Source: Klebsormidium nitens (Eukaryota; Plantae; Klebsormidiophyceae). Taken from it: 64,000 nucleotides of DNA. The first letter of the stretch is position 1. Each line of letters opens with the position of its first letter. The notes under the pieces were generated by a model. It saw only the letters and a program-made list of their open reading frames with translations, did no database searches and was not told where the DNA came from. The position numbers were made by a program, and so were the translations under genes. The stretch lies in assembly GCA_000708835.1 (NCBI GenBank), contig DF237366.1:17838-81837 (forward strand). Reading direction: 5' to 3'. Shown here piece by piece: positions 1 to 15,000 of the stretch.

Positions 1-1385
1 CAAATGATGCGTCAGAATCATGAACTCGTGTTTCTCTGTGCCACAGGCCCCTCTTGCTGTATGAGCGCAAGCAAGCAGAGTACAGCGCTGCACAGCATGC
101 TCTGTACCCCTGCTAACTACACTTCCTGCGCACTGCTGTTCAGTTCCCTGCACAGGATTTCGAATTCTAGCTGCAGTCCCCACGCAAATGCCAAGTTGCA
201 CAAATGCTGGCAGCTGCACCAGTCGAAATGGGACAGCTTCTTTCTTTGATTTCAGCCTAGCGAGCCAATGAGATTGCTGCAACCGACCACGTGCTCCAAG
301 AAAGAAGCTCGGTATTTGGCTGGGGCGGTAGCGTAGGACACCTACCACCGTCACGCGTAAAATCCTCACGAATTTGAAGAGCTGTCAAGTTGTGAGCTCT
401 GGCAGGGCTCTGGCATTTGAACAAAATTACTAGGACCTACGGTATTGTGGCGTAACTCATGCAGCCTCTTCTTTAGCCTTAGGCCTGACACCTCTGCTAT
501 ATAAGGCTGTACATAGCACCTATCATCTACGTAATATGGTGTTGAGTTTGCAACATGACCAGCTTAAAGTTGCTCACGCAATCGATTGTGAGGATCCAAC
601 GCATATTGAACTGGCAAAATTTGGAGATCGTTCTGAAAGGCTTAATGCACCCTCGCGATATGGTGCTCAATTGTTGTGAAACATGTACGCTATTCGAAAT
701 ATGAGATGGCATTTCGAAGCATGGCTCTGCTCGGTCCAAAGCATTTGAGAGCAGTCAAGCTAGTACGTTGACACTCTAACACAAAGATGCGCCCATGTTG
801 TAGCGCCACCATCATGGCATGCGTTCAGACCGCCCTATGGAGATTGTTGTTGTTCTTGATGTTTTGGATATAAGCTATGCATGTATAACAATAAACCAAA
901 TGACAACATGCAGCGCAATCAAGATATTGCAAAAGAGCATTTGACCAACATGTGTTGCACCGACCAACGTGCTTGGAAACTCCCAAAATACACTCAAATT
1001 CCTTGGCTAGTCAAACCTGGAATATTGACGATGGTAACTTCAAATTTATCAACGCCATTAGCCACCATGGCCATAGAGCACGGTCTCCCGCAGACCCAAG
1101 ATAATTTGTTGACTCTGCAGCTTGCACTACGGCTGCAAGTCATGATGATCACTTTGACATGATGTAGACAACGGGCATCCTAAAACACGAATATGTAAAG
1201 GAGAGCTCGATCAAGCTTAAGACGAGACCACATTTGACTGTTCGATTGTGCAACGGAACTCTTGCCGCAGAACAAGGCAATCTACATAGTTCCGTCCTAT
1301 GATAGAAACTCACAATTGTTATGCATGGAGGCCGGCAGACCGCAGACATGCTTTGTACCCCCACCCTTCGAAAATCTCTTGCAAC

Positions 1386-4090
1386 TCATGACTCGCTTGT
1401 TGTCGAATCTTCCTCTGGAGGGTCATAAGGCAGCTCGTGCCGGGGTGCATCATATTTCTCCCGAAGCTGCTTTGTAGGAATGAAATCTCCGTTCGCGTCT
1501 TGCCCATAGAAAAGAAGGTACAGGTAAGGATGAGGGAATGGCTCCTGCATCAACAGAATCTAAGTCAGCCTTCGAAGAAAGTATGCCTCCCCCTCTGATT
1601 CTCACAGATTGAAGATCAGTTCTTCTCCGATAATAAGCTCTTCTTGAGCGCGCACGAAGCCAGCTAGAGTGCACGAACTTCATCTGCGGCTTCACCAAAA
1701 GCGTGCTGCCCTGACAATCCGCTCTCACCACTACCGGGCTTCTATCTTCCATCTTCCATTTCTCCAAGAACCGAAGAACGCAAAACTGGCTAGCTGATTG
1801 TCTCACCTCATCCTCTTCCTCCGGAACTTCGACATTTTCCTCGGCGACATAGGCCACCAGCGTGCTTGGGCTCTGCTGCATGTCCACCAGCACCTGGTAA
1901 AAGGGCTGCTGGCGTCCCCGCGGCAAGTTGTCCACCCCGTTCTTCTCCATCCACTCTGACGACTCAAAGCACTGCCAGTCCATCCCACAGATTACCCCTC
2001 GGTACCCCAACTGTGCATGCCGTATTTTCTGCCCCAACCGAAAGTTAAACTTGACCTCTGTGCTCGTCAATGTCTGGGCGGTAGCGGCAAGAGCATCCAA
2101 CTGCACGGACGGAGGTGCAAAAATCAGCTCCTGGCAGTAGCCCCCCTGAAACACTAAAAGCTGGTCAAAAGAGAAGATACCTTCCTGGACGATGCCAATA
2201 CCCTTTCAGCAAGCAATCCCCTGTCTAGTCTGGGAGAAGCGAAATTCCTTGTCTCACGGCACATCGGACTCAAAAGCCTCTCTACCATTCCTTCGACAGA
2301 TAGACAAGAGCGTCGACATGCTGAAGGATTCCTCACCTCGATTTTTGACAGCTGTTTCCGAATTGCAGCCGCCTGCTCATAATTCTCCTCCTCTACGGCC
2401 CTCTGAAGTTCTGAGCGCAACCTCAGCGCTGCAACCGTGGTGTCGGTCACTTCCTCCCGAGGACCAGTGCCGGCCCGCTTGGCGCGCCGCTGCTTCTCCA
2501 GCTCCTTCTCAATCCCCACAATCTTCTCCCGCAGCTCGCCAGCAGCCTCATACTGCTCCTGATTCATTGCCCGCTGCAGACAAAGCACCACCACCAGGAT
2601 TGAGGGACCGCTGTAGCTACAACGAATGCCTAGAAGGTAGGCTGGCCCACCGCAGAAGGAAGTACACAATGAAATGCCAATTGCTACACAGTTGCTCAAG
2701 TAGGAAGCCAGCTGACTGTTGATTTCAACCAACGAATCGTTCAACGATTCACAGCACCACTGAGTATCCGGAAGACCTTGGTCAGACTTGTACCCTTGGC
2801 AATGAAAGTCGGTCCTGATGGGCAGTCTTCATTGCAATTTGAACAAGTTCAACATTCTTCAAAAGTGTGGCTACTCTCAGACATGGTGACGGCAACGCAG
2901 TAACGGAAGTGCCTCGCCCCAAAGAAAGGCTTCCCTTTAAGATGCCCAGTGACCAAATTTGTGCAAAAAGCCACACCATACCCAAAAAAACTGTCGGCAT
3001 TGTACCCAGAAATGAGCCATTAAGGCATGCAACAGCGCCATTGAAGCACGCAGTGAGCAATGCCTAAGAATTGAATGTTTGAAAGCGGGCACTGCCACAA
3101 CGACACAACATCAGCAACTGACATGATTGATTGCTTTGCAGAGAGACACAAGCTTTCAGTAGAGAATGCTGACGGAATCACAAGCATCTATGCTGTCTCC
3201 TCAGCAACAATGAAACCTCTGTTATATTGTCTGTAAGAACAACGTGTCTGGCACAATGGAATTGCCGGGAGGGACGAACTAGCCGAAAGGGACGAGCAGA
3301 AGAATGTTTCCAGCTTACCTGTGCAAAATCACCAGCATCAACAAAACCCTTAGAATTTCCCATAGTGATAATTGTGGATGATCATTGACAACAATTGAAG
3401 TAAGCTACCTGCCGTCTGGAAGCACAAATCCCCTGCTTATAAGACTAGTGCAAAACTCTGACTGGCCTAGCAACCCACCTGCAACCTTGTACCCAGGTCC
3501 AGCTGGAAGAAGAACAGCAGGAGCTCCTCATTGACCATCTGGCTCTTCTCCTTCGTGGTGAGCCCATCCCTGGTGGCCCTCCCTTCAGACTCCCCTTCAG
3601 ATGACTGCGCTCTTGCGCATGTTCTTGCAGGCGGTTTACTCCTATGCACCCCTGAAATGGTCCGCTGGTGGTTCTGTCCATTGAGGGACTTGTGAGAACC
3701 AGAGGCGAAAACAGATGAACGACTTTCCAGAGAAAAGGTGCCCCTCACTTTTAAACATGGGTGGACAGGGCTTGTAATTGGGGATGCTGAAGGGGAAGAG
3801 CTTGGTGAACAACCCCTTGGATCGTAGCTGGCAGCACTTGACAGTTCAGGAACTGTGAAAAAGGTGAGTGCAGCGCCGGCATTCAGCCTGCCTATTTTTC
3901 TGCGGGGTGTGCGGGGAGACGCTTGGATGCCCAATACCGAAGAGCTGCTCGGTGCTTCTGGTAGACGAAGTTTTGGAAGTTTAAGAGCCACGTGGCTGTA
4001 CTCAGTGTTGCCGAGTGAGAAGGCTGGCGATGACACCATTCCTCTACTTCCCGCTACTGCCCTTCCATTGTGGGCAGCCGGGTTATGCAT
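1386..4090 (-). CDS. CLPF: Chloroplast Clp protease adaptor ClpF (transit peptide, UVR motifs, YccV-like domain); 4 exons: 4090-3479, 2573-2337, 2100-1807, 1544-1386; about 433 aa
   Basis: GT-AG splicing gives NEELLLFFFQLDLGTRLQ|RAMNQEQYEAAGELREK...LRLRSELQRAVEEENYEQAA...|FRLGQKIRHAQLGYRGVICGMD...RGRQQPFYQVLVD...LVAYVAEEN|HPYLYLLFYGQDANGDFIPTKQLREKYDAPRHE. This matches plant ClpF. The S/R-rich N-terminus looks like a transit peptide. Confidence 0.92.
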
Positions 4091-5556
4091 CGAACAAGTG
4101 GTACCTTCTAACCAGATATCTGCAACTAATAGCAACCTTTCCTCCTGTGTTCAACAATCTTCCAGGACTTTTGATACTCTCCGTCGCCCGAAGATACTTG
4201 TAGGCACAACGTCCGAGTAGTAGCTCAGAACAGTCGAGTATCTGCCAAAAGTGGTGATGCAGCTCGAGCAAGGGACACTCGTTCTTGCCTACAGAATGGC
4301 TTGATTCTGGAAGCCCAAAGCACAAACAACAACGAACCAAGGAGTCAGGAGTCAGGACAAAAGACCACGAGAAGGAAGTAAGGACACTTCTACAAAAGCT
4401 GACAGTGAGGTGGTCTGACGAGGGCCGAGGACCGAGAAGATGGCAGAGGTGCTCGAAAGCTCCTGAGTCGTGAGGCTGAACCTTTGATTCTCCTCACACG
4501 AACCGTGCAGCCTTCGAGGCTCGAGCCACAAGGTACCTAGGACCTACAGTAGGTACGTACCGGCGGAGGCATCTGCCGCTTGTCTACGGCACAGGTACCA
4601 CGGTACCCTCGATGGGTACGGAGGAACACGTGGACATTGTGTACGCAACGTTTTGAGTCTTTGACGGCGGCCCGGCGGCCTACTACCGGTATCCAGGTTT
4701 CAAAAGTACCCGTCGACAGGAATGGATAAGCACGAACCCGGAACGAGGTTCGCTTCGATTTTGAAGGACAAGAAGGCGCAACCAATCGCCGAGGTACGGT
4801 ATCACGCTTTTCGAATCGTTTGGGGCAATAGTGAGAATTCTCTGGGTACGTTACCATACGTGCACACGGCTAGACGTTTCTGTATCTTCCCAGAGAAATA
4901 TCCAACGGTCATGGTGGATATTCTCGCGGCTCTCTTGCCATCGTCCACGTCGACAACATATGATGCGGATTCCAGCAACTCTCGGGTTCTTCCGACCATC
5001 CGATTGAATCAGAGGGTCAATGGAGGCCGTCGAGAAAGTTGCACGCGAGCGTTGCAGCTACTGACGGGCCGTCCGTGACTCAAGCTGAGCAGTGAGCTGG
5101 CGGGCGGCTGATCAACAAGTAGAATTATGCGTCCAGTCTGTCTTGAGCTTGTCGAGTCTGAAGTCAGGTGCATGAAAGATGGAACCATTTAGGTATGTAG
5201 GACTTTACATACCTACCTAGGTCACAGTGTTGGCGTAAGTCTAAGATTTATGTCGGTAGAAGTTCGTTCTCCCTGCTGATCTTCAACTCCATGAACAATG
5301 CTCTGTCCAAGCAGCGACTAGGATCTGGCGGAGCACCACAAGCTATACCATCCTCTTTGTGTCCCTATAACAGAATGAGAGCAGCAGATGGACATTTTGA
5401 ACGGAATTGGATTCGACCTCGTGAACTGGGAAGGGACTGAGACTGAGAATAAACAGAGCCTGATTCCAATGCATAAATTCGTTCAAGCTTCGGCTTTTCT
5501 TGTTACGGTCCAGCAACTCGAGCTCGATTTGAGTTTGTAAACACCTGTCAGGGGCA
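4091..5556. promoter_or_regulatory. Putative bidirectional promoter and 5' UTRs of ClpF and the EEP gene, with a GTAC cluster
   Basis: Lies between divergent start codons. It has 10 GTAC at 4533-4849 and TACCTACCTAGGT at 5210-5222. Confidence 0.6.
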
Positions 5557-8355
5557 ATGAGTCTGTCAATTACGTTCCTCTCGCTGAATCTGTGCGGGCA
5601 AGATCCCAGCGATGGAAGCAATCCTTGGGCTCGCAGAAAGGAGCTTTGTGTCGACCTACTCAAAAAGTTTCGCCCCATCATCTTCTGTATTCAAGCCGGT
5701 GAGCATCCCAGAGAGGGAAGAAAAGTTAAAAGTACTAATGTTACAAAGTGGTGAAGTAGCAACGATCGGGGGACTTGAAGTTGCTTGATTTGCATAATCT
5801 GCACCTCTGAGACACTTCTGCAGTAAGCCGTTGGTAGCAAAGCTTCTTATCCTTGTCACAAGTCCTGGGGAGTTAGTTCACTGAGCTGGAACTGACACAA
5901 TATCGATTATGCGTGTCTTGCAGGCCTTCATCTCCAGCTTGAGTACTTGAAAGCTTCATTACCAGGCAAGCAGCCAAACACTTAGTGTTTCGTGCCCCAG
6001 CATGACAGAAATATGTATGACCAGGCCAAAGCACTTAAGGCACTGTTAACTGACGAGCAAGTGGATGGAAGGTTGTGACGTTTCCTGCTTGACGGTCGTA
6101 CTCATGCAGCTGGTATTGCTTCTTGTGCAGGATATGACTACTTTGGGTGCTCAAGGAAGGGACCAGATGACAAGGGCGACGAATTTTGTGCAATCTTCTT
6201 CGATGCTACAAAGGTGCGCTTACCTGGTTGTAGGGAACGGTTTTTGCTTGACACTGCGAGCATATTCTAGCCACTGCAGCTTTGGCTTGACTTTATCTTA
6301 CTCCGCACCAAACATCTATCCTCAGAAACTGCTAGGACAGCAAGATTCCGCAGGTCGAGCGACATTTATACAACCTATTATGCTTTCTGGCAGCACTGAC
6401 TGACCTGGTCCGTTTCTTCAAAACCAGATCGACCGAACCGATGGTGGGACCTTCTGGCTTTCAGAGACACCCTCGGTGCCCGGCAGCACGTCCTGGGGTG
6501 CAGCACATCCTCGCATAGCAAACTGGGCAACATTCCAAATACGGCGGCTTCACCCACCTGGTTTTACATTCCAGGTACCGTTGCAACGTTCCCATCTGCA
6601 TTCGAACAATTAATCTACTACGCCGCTGCGGAAAAATCTTAGCTTAAGCTTCGGCCTTTGTACGTTATCGGAGAGAATCCAAATCCTGCCAGCGAACGAC
6701 TGTGCAACTGGCCCCGGCAAGAGAGAAGAACTAATTGAGTATCTTATAAGCGGGTGGGAAACCTTCATGAGTGAACTTCGCATCAAGTGGGTACCAATGG
6801 CACTGTCACTACGGTAGGTTGTTTTGGAAACTGTATGCACAGCCCAACTTATCAGATGTAGAAATGATTCGTGCAAAGCAAGGAAGCGGGGCCTTCTTTC
6901 CGTATCTTTCTCAGGGCGTATGAACCCCAAGCTCTCTATGCTCGAGACGCAGGAACCACGTAATCCTTGCAGGTGATGAATACGCAGCTAGACGACAAGA
7001 GCAGTAATGCAAGGAGGCGCGGTGCCCTTCTTGCTTGGCAGCATGTAGCTTCGCTTCCACCAACACTGCCAGTGGTGTTTTGCGGAGACTTCAACACTGA
7101 TAAAGAGTCCGACGTTGGTCGATTCTTCCTGGGCCGGTCAAGGTGGGTTTCATTTTAAAATCTTCTGAAATCAATCATCCTATCAGCTGTCTCGTACAGT
7201 CAACTTGTCAATCGAGCATAGCGGCTATGTTCAAGAAGCGTTCCCTAGTTCAGTCGAAACCTAGAACTGTCAGGAGCTGTCAATTCTACTTACGAGTCAA
7301 TTCATTTACCTAGTTTTTAAGGACAAGGACAACACATTTTGCAGTCTTCATACTAATGAGCCTAATCTGCTGAAGGTGGCGGGAATACGGTTAGCTATCA
7401 CGGGTTCTTTTTGCAAGGTCAAGTATGACGGAGCTGAATTCATCATACCTCCAGGATGTCTCTTGCATCTCTTGTGGTCGAACAGCCCTTTGAGGAAAAC
7501 TCCGAGGCAGCTTCCCCGGACACCGTCATTCACGAGCAGTTTGGCTTCAATCTGACAGAGGCTTCGGCTAAGATTAGCCTCACTCAGCTTCGCAACTTGG
7601 ATTTCAGCTCCTCGTTTGCCTTTCATGTGTATAGACCAGTACGGCCTTTCTTTTGAATGCAGACTGTTGAACGAAAAAGGCGACTTGCGGGACGCCTGGC
7701 AAAGCGCACGACGGCGAAGGAATGGGGGTATCGTGCACACAAACCATGGTTTTAGAGGTGAGGGATATTGTCTAAGCTAATCTTCAAAGGGCAGAAACTA
7801 CGTGACACTAAACGGGCACTGTGCAAGGATACCGCCTACTAATGATCCGATGCTTACAAACGAAGCAAAGAAACGGTTCAATGAATGATGGTTTGCTTCC
7901 AATTGCTACCACCACAAAAAGGCTTCACTGGACGTCATTGAGGTTGACGAGATCTCTCTCGTTAATAACCTAGCTCTTGAACGGGTTTCTTATCTTGAGA
8001 TCAATGTCATCTCAGAAGTCCTCTGAGTTAAAATTGGCTTTGGTATCGCCAATGCCCACGACTTAGGGAGTTGCAGCCGTGACGACTGTTTCTGGGCCAC
8101 TGTGCAGGGGAGGAACAAGGTTGCTGGGAGTGCTTCAAGCACTTTTACCGGGTCTTCTGCATGTGTTGGGACCGAAACTATCAAGACCTACACAGCGACT
8201 GGGTCTTCTTCAAAGGACGTCAACTGGCCCCCGTCTTTGCCGAAGTTGTGGTGGACAATAAGGAAGGCCGCTTCCCGTCGGATCACTATCCCGTGTACAT
8301 CGAGTTCCTGCTGCCACGCAGCGTACGCCTCCTCGAGGGTTCGCTGGTTGGTTGA
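5557..8355 (+). CDS. Endonuclease/exonuclease/phosphatase (DNase I-like) family protein, plant At4g30900-like; 7 exons, intron 2 is GC-AG
   Basis: The spliced product contains LSLNL..NPWARRKELC, GTFWLSETPSVPGSTSWG, VMNTQLD...ARRRGALLAWQHVASLPPTLPVVFCGDFN, CWDRNYQDLHSDW and PSDHYPVYIEFLLPRSVR. All exon phases are consistent. Confidence 0.88.
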
Positions 8356-9610
8356 GCGGATGAAGAAGCTCGAAGAATCGACAAGGCATGCAATGACAAG
8401 GGACCCACGGAACTGTAGGATCGACGTCGCAAACGGCTCGATCCATGGTATAAGCAGGGAAGCGGACGGACTTGCACATAAGATCTGCCCGGCATACATG
8501 CTGAGGATTGAAATAAGTATAATCTTACTTCGTCCTCCGTCGTGAAGGTCGAAGGTAAAGCTCCCGCTGGAACGCCCCTAGATTGCTGCTTCGCCTAGAC
8601 ATGCGAGCTGACCCAGCTTATCTTGTTACAATAATAGTATGGCCCCGGCATTGAGGGCCAGGCCGCGCCATCCAATCTCGTAGAAAGATGGCGTATATCG
8701 TAAACACACCTGAATGCGCCTGGCGATTCAAGGGCGGCGCGACGCAGCTTCAATCGTATAAAGTTTATGAATGTCTACCGAAGCTAGCTGTACGCTCTTT
8801 CAATTGGAGGTAAGCCTTTTATTTGTTAGTCCGTATCCTCAACAGCCTGTCGAGAGCATATACATAGACTCAGCTTGCGACTAGCTCGCGCGCTACGTAC
8901 CCTACTTTTCCTTCAATCGAGATATTGCATGCGTGCTGCATGTTGCACACGCGCATTATCTGAGGCTATAGCTGATAAAGCGTGCTGAGCGATCGCATAC
9001 TGCCCACCGTTCCCCGCGCAAGCAAGCCTATCGAAGCTCTTCGATATTCCATGCAATTAGCCGGTCAGTGTACATGTACCGTATACTAGATGCATGATAT
9101 AACCGCACTCAGTGCAGTTGGAAAATATAGCCATGATATCCTGCATGAGAGACTTCATGGTATATACGTTGCATGACAGACAGTGATACTTGTCACTACA
9201 GCTGCATTATATGCAACGCGTTCAACGAAAATGCAGCATGTCAAGATTTCTGGCGCTGTGCTACGTAGATCTTGCACCGCCGCGATTGGCTAAGTTTTGC
9301 GCATCAACGACTGAGTCAAGGTCGCGGCCACACTAGAAGACCAATACGTGTGCGGATGTAATTTATAGCAAACACTTATTCCCATGTTCAACAATGGACT
9401 ACGGGGCCGGATTTATTACAGGGTTGTTACCACTCTTTCATACCTTTATGACCCCGTACGAAGCGTGATACAAGTCATTGACGAGAAATGAAAACGGTAA
9501 AAGGAGCAAACACATATAGTATGATCGTTTGAATGAGCATTTTTGGGACAAGAGCAGAATGAACGTGTTTTGGTGCTGACTAGGTGAACATATACTACTG
9601 TCAACCACTA

Positions 9611-12082
<2,472 letters not shown>

Positions 12083-15000
12083 ATGGATGGCATGGCGCCA
12101 GCAAATCTTTTGGAAGAGGTAGGCTGATCGAATCCGCCTTGTTCCATTTGGTATTACTGGTGCGTACCACCGTATCATGCTTGCGGAATGCATGGAGATG
12201 ATGCAGCTGACCTCTTAACTGAGGGGACGAGTGCAGAACCTTTCAAAGCTTTCTAATGAGCTGTGTTGAGAGCAATGCTGTGAGCATGGCAACCACCTCT
12301 GAGCATGAACTCAGTATCTAAGAAATCTCGAAGTATACAATGACTGAAAGAGACCATCACCTTCAAGCAGCCTCAGATGCGGACGATTATTTGGTGGTGG
12401 TTGTGTGGCTGCATGCTTGCCACCTGCTTGAACTGGGTGGCACTATCTGATCAGCTCTCTCTTTGCTCCAGGTGCCGAGGCTCACCACCATGCTAAGAGC
12501 CTATGGTCCTGAGCGCCACCACCCTTTTGATGTTTATGAACAGTTCGTGCGTAGAAAGTCAATCCTCGAGGAGTATCAAAGAAGGTGAGTTGCTTGCGCT
12601 CTCTTTGGGTGAGCGGATCTTTAGTATTCCACTTGAGGTGGAGTTATCAAAGATAGTCACAAGGAGCCCAGGCAGTTGTTGATGACTAGATGAAGTGGTG
12701 GAACGTGTCTCAGCAGAAAAGTAGAGGGTTTCTGATGGGCTTCTGGGCAGAATCATGTCCACGTTAGCGGATGGTGCTACGCAGCCCATTTCGCAGATAG
12801 GTTGCTTTCGGCGGAGCATGACCAGAGGCTTGTTTGAGCTTGCAGGGCAGCAAATCAGAAGTCTGCTGTGGGCGCATCCGCTCTGGCGCGCAAGTTGATT
12901 CCACACTGGGACACAGGTACACAAGCGCTCTTTTCCCTTGATTATGGCTTCGAGCAAGCCTTTTGCATCCCCTTCCAGTGGGTTTGTTATCTGATCATAT
13001 GCAGAATTGACTGTTCGAGGTGACCTTGATGCATGAAAGTATGGCATCGATTGTCTTTGTACCCTTTTGTGTTGCAGCCCCGCATGCCGCTCGTGAGGTG
13101 TACGAGCAGTTCCTTGGGGCTGCCCGGGAATTGTTGGGAGGGGAGCCGTCGTCGGAGGAGCTGCATCAGTCGGCAACCCTCATCTATGAAAGCCTTGCAA
13201 ACCTGGAGCTCAATGAGAGGGGGCAGTTTGCTCGTTCTGACCTTGCGGACAAGAGGTAAGAGGAGTACCTGTCGGAGCTGCTTTTGAAAGCACACAAGCA
13301 TGAAGGGTTGATTGGAGGCAACCACATGCTTTTTTCCTGCCTCTTTCCTTGCCCCCTGCAGACATTGATTGTTTCTAGTCAAAAGTGTGCTACAGTGGCT
13401 GCTGCCAGGCACGAGGTATGGTGCAAGCCATCCCTTCTTGTTGTGGTGCAGGGCGGACCTGGTGTCCATCTTTGGCACCCTCACTGAAGGCCCTGTTTTC
13501 AGTGCCACCGCCCACCTGGTGCTCCAGCTGCGAGACTGGGCAGCTAAGCTCAGGAGCACGGGTGAATTAGAGGTGCCCACACCCAGCCGCGAGTTCCGGG
13601 ACACCCTTGGCTACGATGCCCAACCAGGCAACAGGGACGGTGTCAACGGGGCCTCTGAGTCGGAGGAGTGGTGGGAGGACGACGAGGATGATCTCGACAG
13701 CTGGGGCCTTCCGTCGCCCCCGGGAACAGCTGCGCCGGCTCCCCACCCTGGCCAGGGCATGCTCGAGCAGACCGTGGTGCCTCACCGTCCAGGGACGCCA
13801 GGGCCGGAGGGGGGGCCCGATGGCACTTCGTGGGCTCAGCTGGAGTCGCCGGGCATGGAGGAGAAGGATCCGCTGGTCTGGTTGCAGCAGCAGTGCCAAG
13901 CGGCGAGTGCCCTGGGCGGGGCAGGGGCGTTCCGGGGCGATGAGCTGGCGCTGAACGTGCTGCGACTGCTGGACAGCGAGGGGTCGGGGGATGAGGTGGC
14001 AGGGGACCTGCTGGACCTGCTGGGAAACGGGGGGGTCGAAATCATCGAGGAGCTGCTGCAGCGGAGGAAGGCCATCACGGATGCGGCGAAAAAGGCCCTG
14101 TCGGCGCTCAAGTCTGTGGACGACGAGGGCAAGGCGCAGCAGCAGCCCAGGATGCCCAGCTACGGCACGCAGGTATGGAGCAGCACCATGCATCTCAAAG
14201 CCTGGTGGTGGGGGTTTCAAAGAGGTGGCCCGCTTTTCTGGTTTACGCAGCGGCAGTGATCCCTTTTTGACAGAAGGAGGGTTGGATGACCAGCCTCGAA
14301 GCTAGCAAGGCTGTGGCCTTTTGAACAGTATGGGCAGACGTCGCTTGAGACATAGCCTCGTAGGGAATGATGGTTGAGACAAGCGATGGCCACATTCACT
14401 CTTTCGGCAGGGGGCTACTGGGGCACTGGCGTCCCGAGGACCAAAAAACCACGGGTTCTTGGTTGGCCTTTTAAATCTGCAACTAGATCCATGAGAAACA
14501 GGCCCCCAGTGCGTGTGCTTGCTGTCTGTGGCTTTGGACTGGGGCCTGTGTGTCCTGCAGTACACATGTCATTTGAACATAAGGATTAATGCAGCCCCCT
14601 CTGCTGAATTCACAATGAACAGGGGGTTCCCATGAAAGCACCGTTGTTCGAGGTGCTTTGATCTCGCCTCTTGCCGCTTGTTTGCATGGCGCATGCAACG
14701 GCCTGTTTCTTGCCGCTTTCAGGTGAGCGTGCACACCGACTCGGACCGCGTGTTGGACAAGCTGCGACGCAAGGAGGAGAAGCGGCAGGCGCGAGCAGGA
14801 CATGCGTCGGGCAAGGGCGAGTCGGACTGGGACTGGCTGGCGGGGGCGGGGGGGTTCGTGGCGCTTCTGGACGTGGGCTTGGGAGCGAGGGGCGTGATCG
14901 ACAGTCTTGTGGGCAGAGGGGAAGACGGCTTCGGCAGCCTGGGCGTGAACGCGCGGGCGCTGCCCAAGGGGACCATGCGCAAGACGTTCAAGGGGTACGA

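Noticed and set aside
420-520. TATA-like CTATATAAG with TAGGACCTAC upstream
   Set aside because: No associated gene could be identified within the window, and the orientation is ambiguous.
4722-5078. 118-aa ORF in the ClpF/EEP spacer
   Set aside because: It has no recognisable domain or coding-like bias and lies in probable promoter/UTR sequence.
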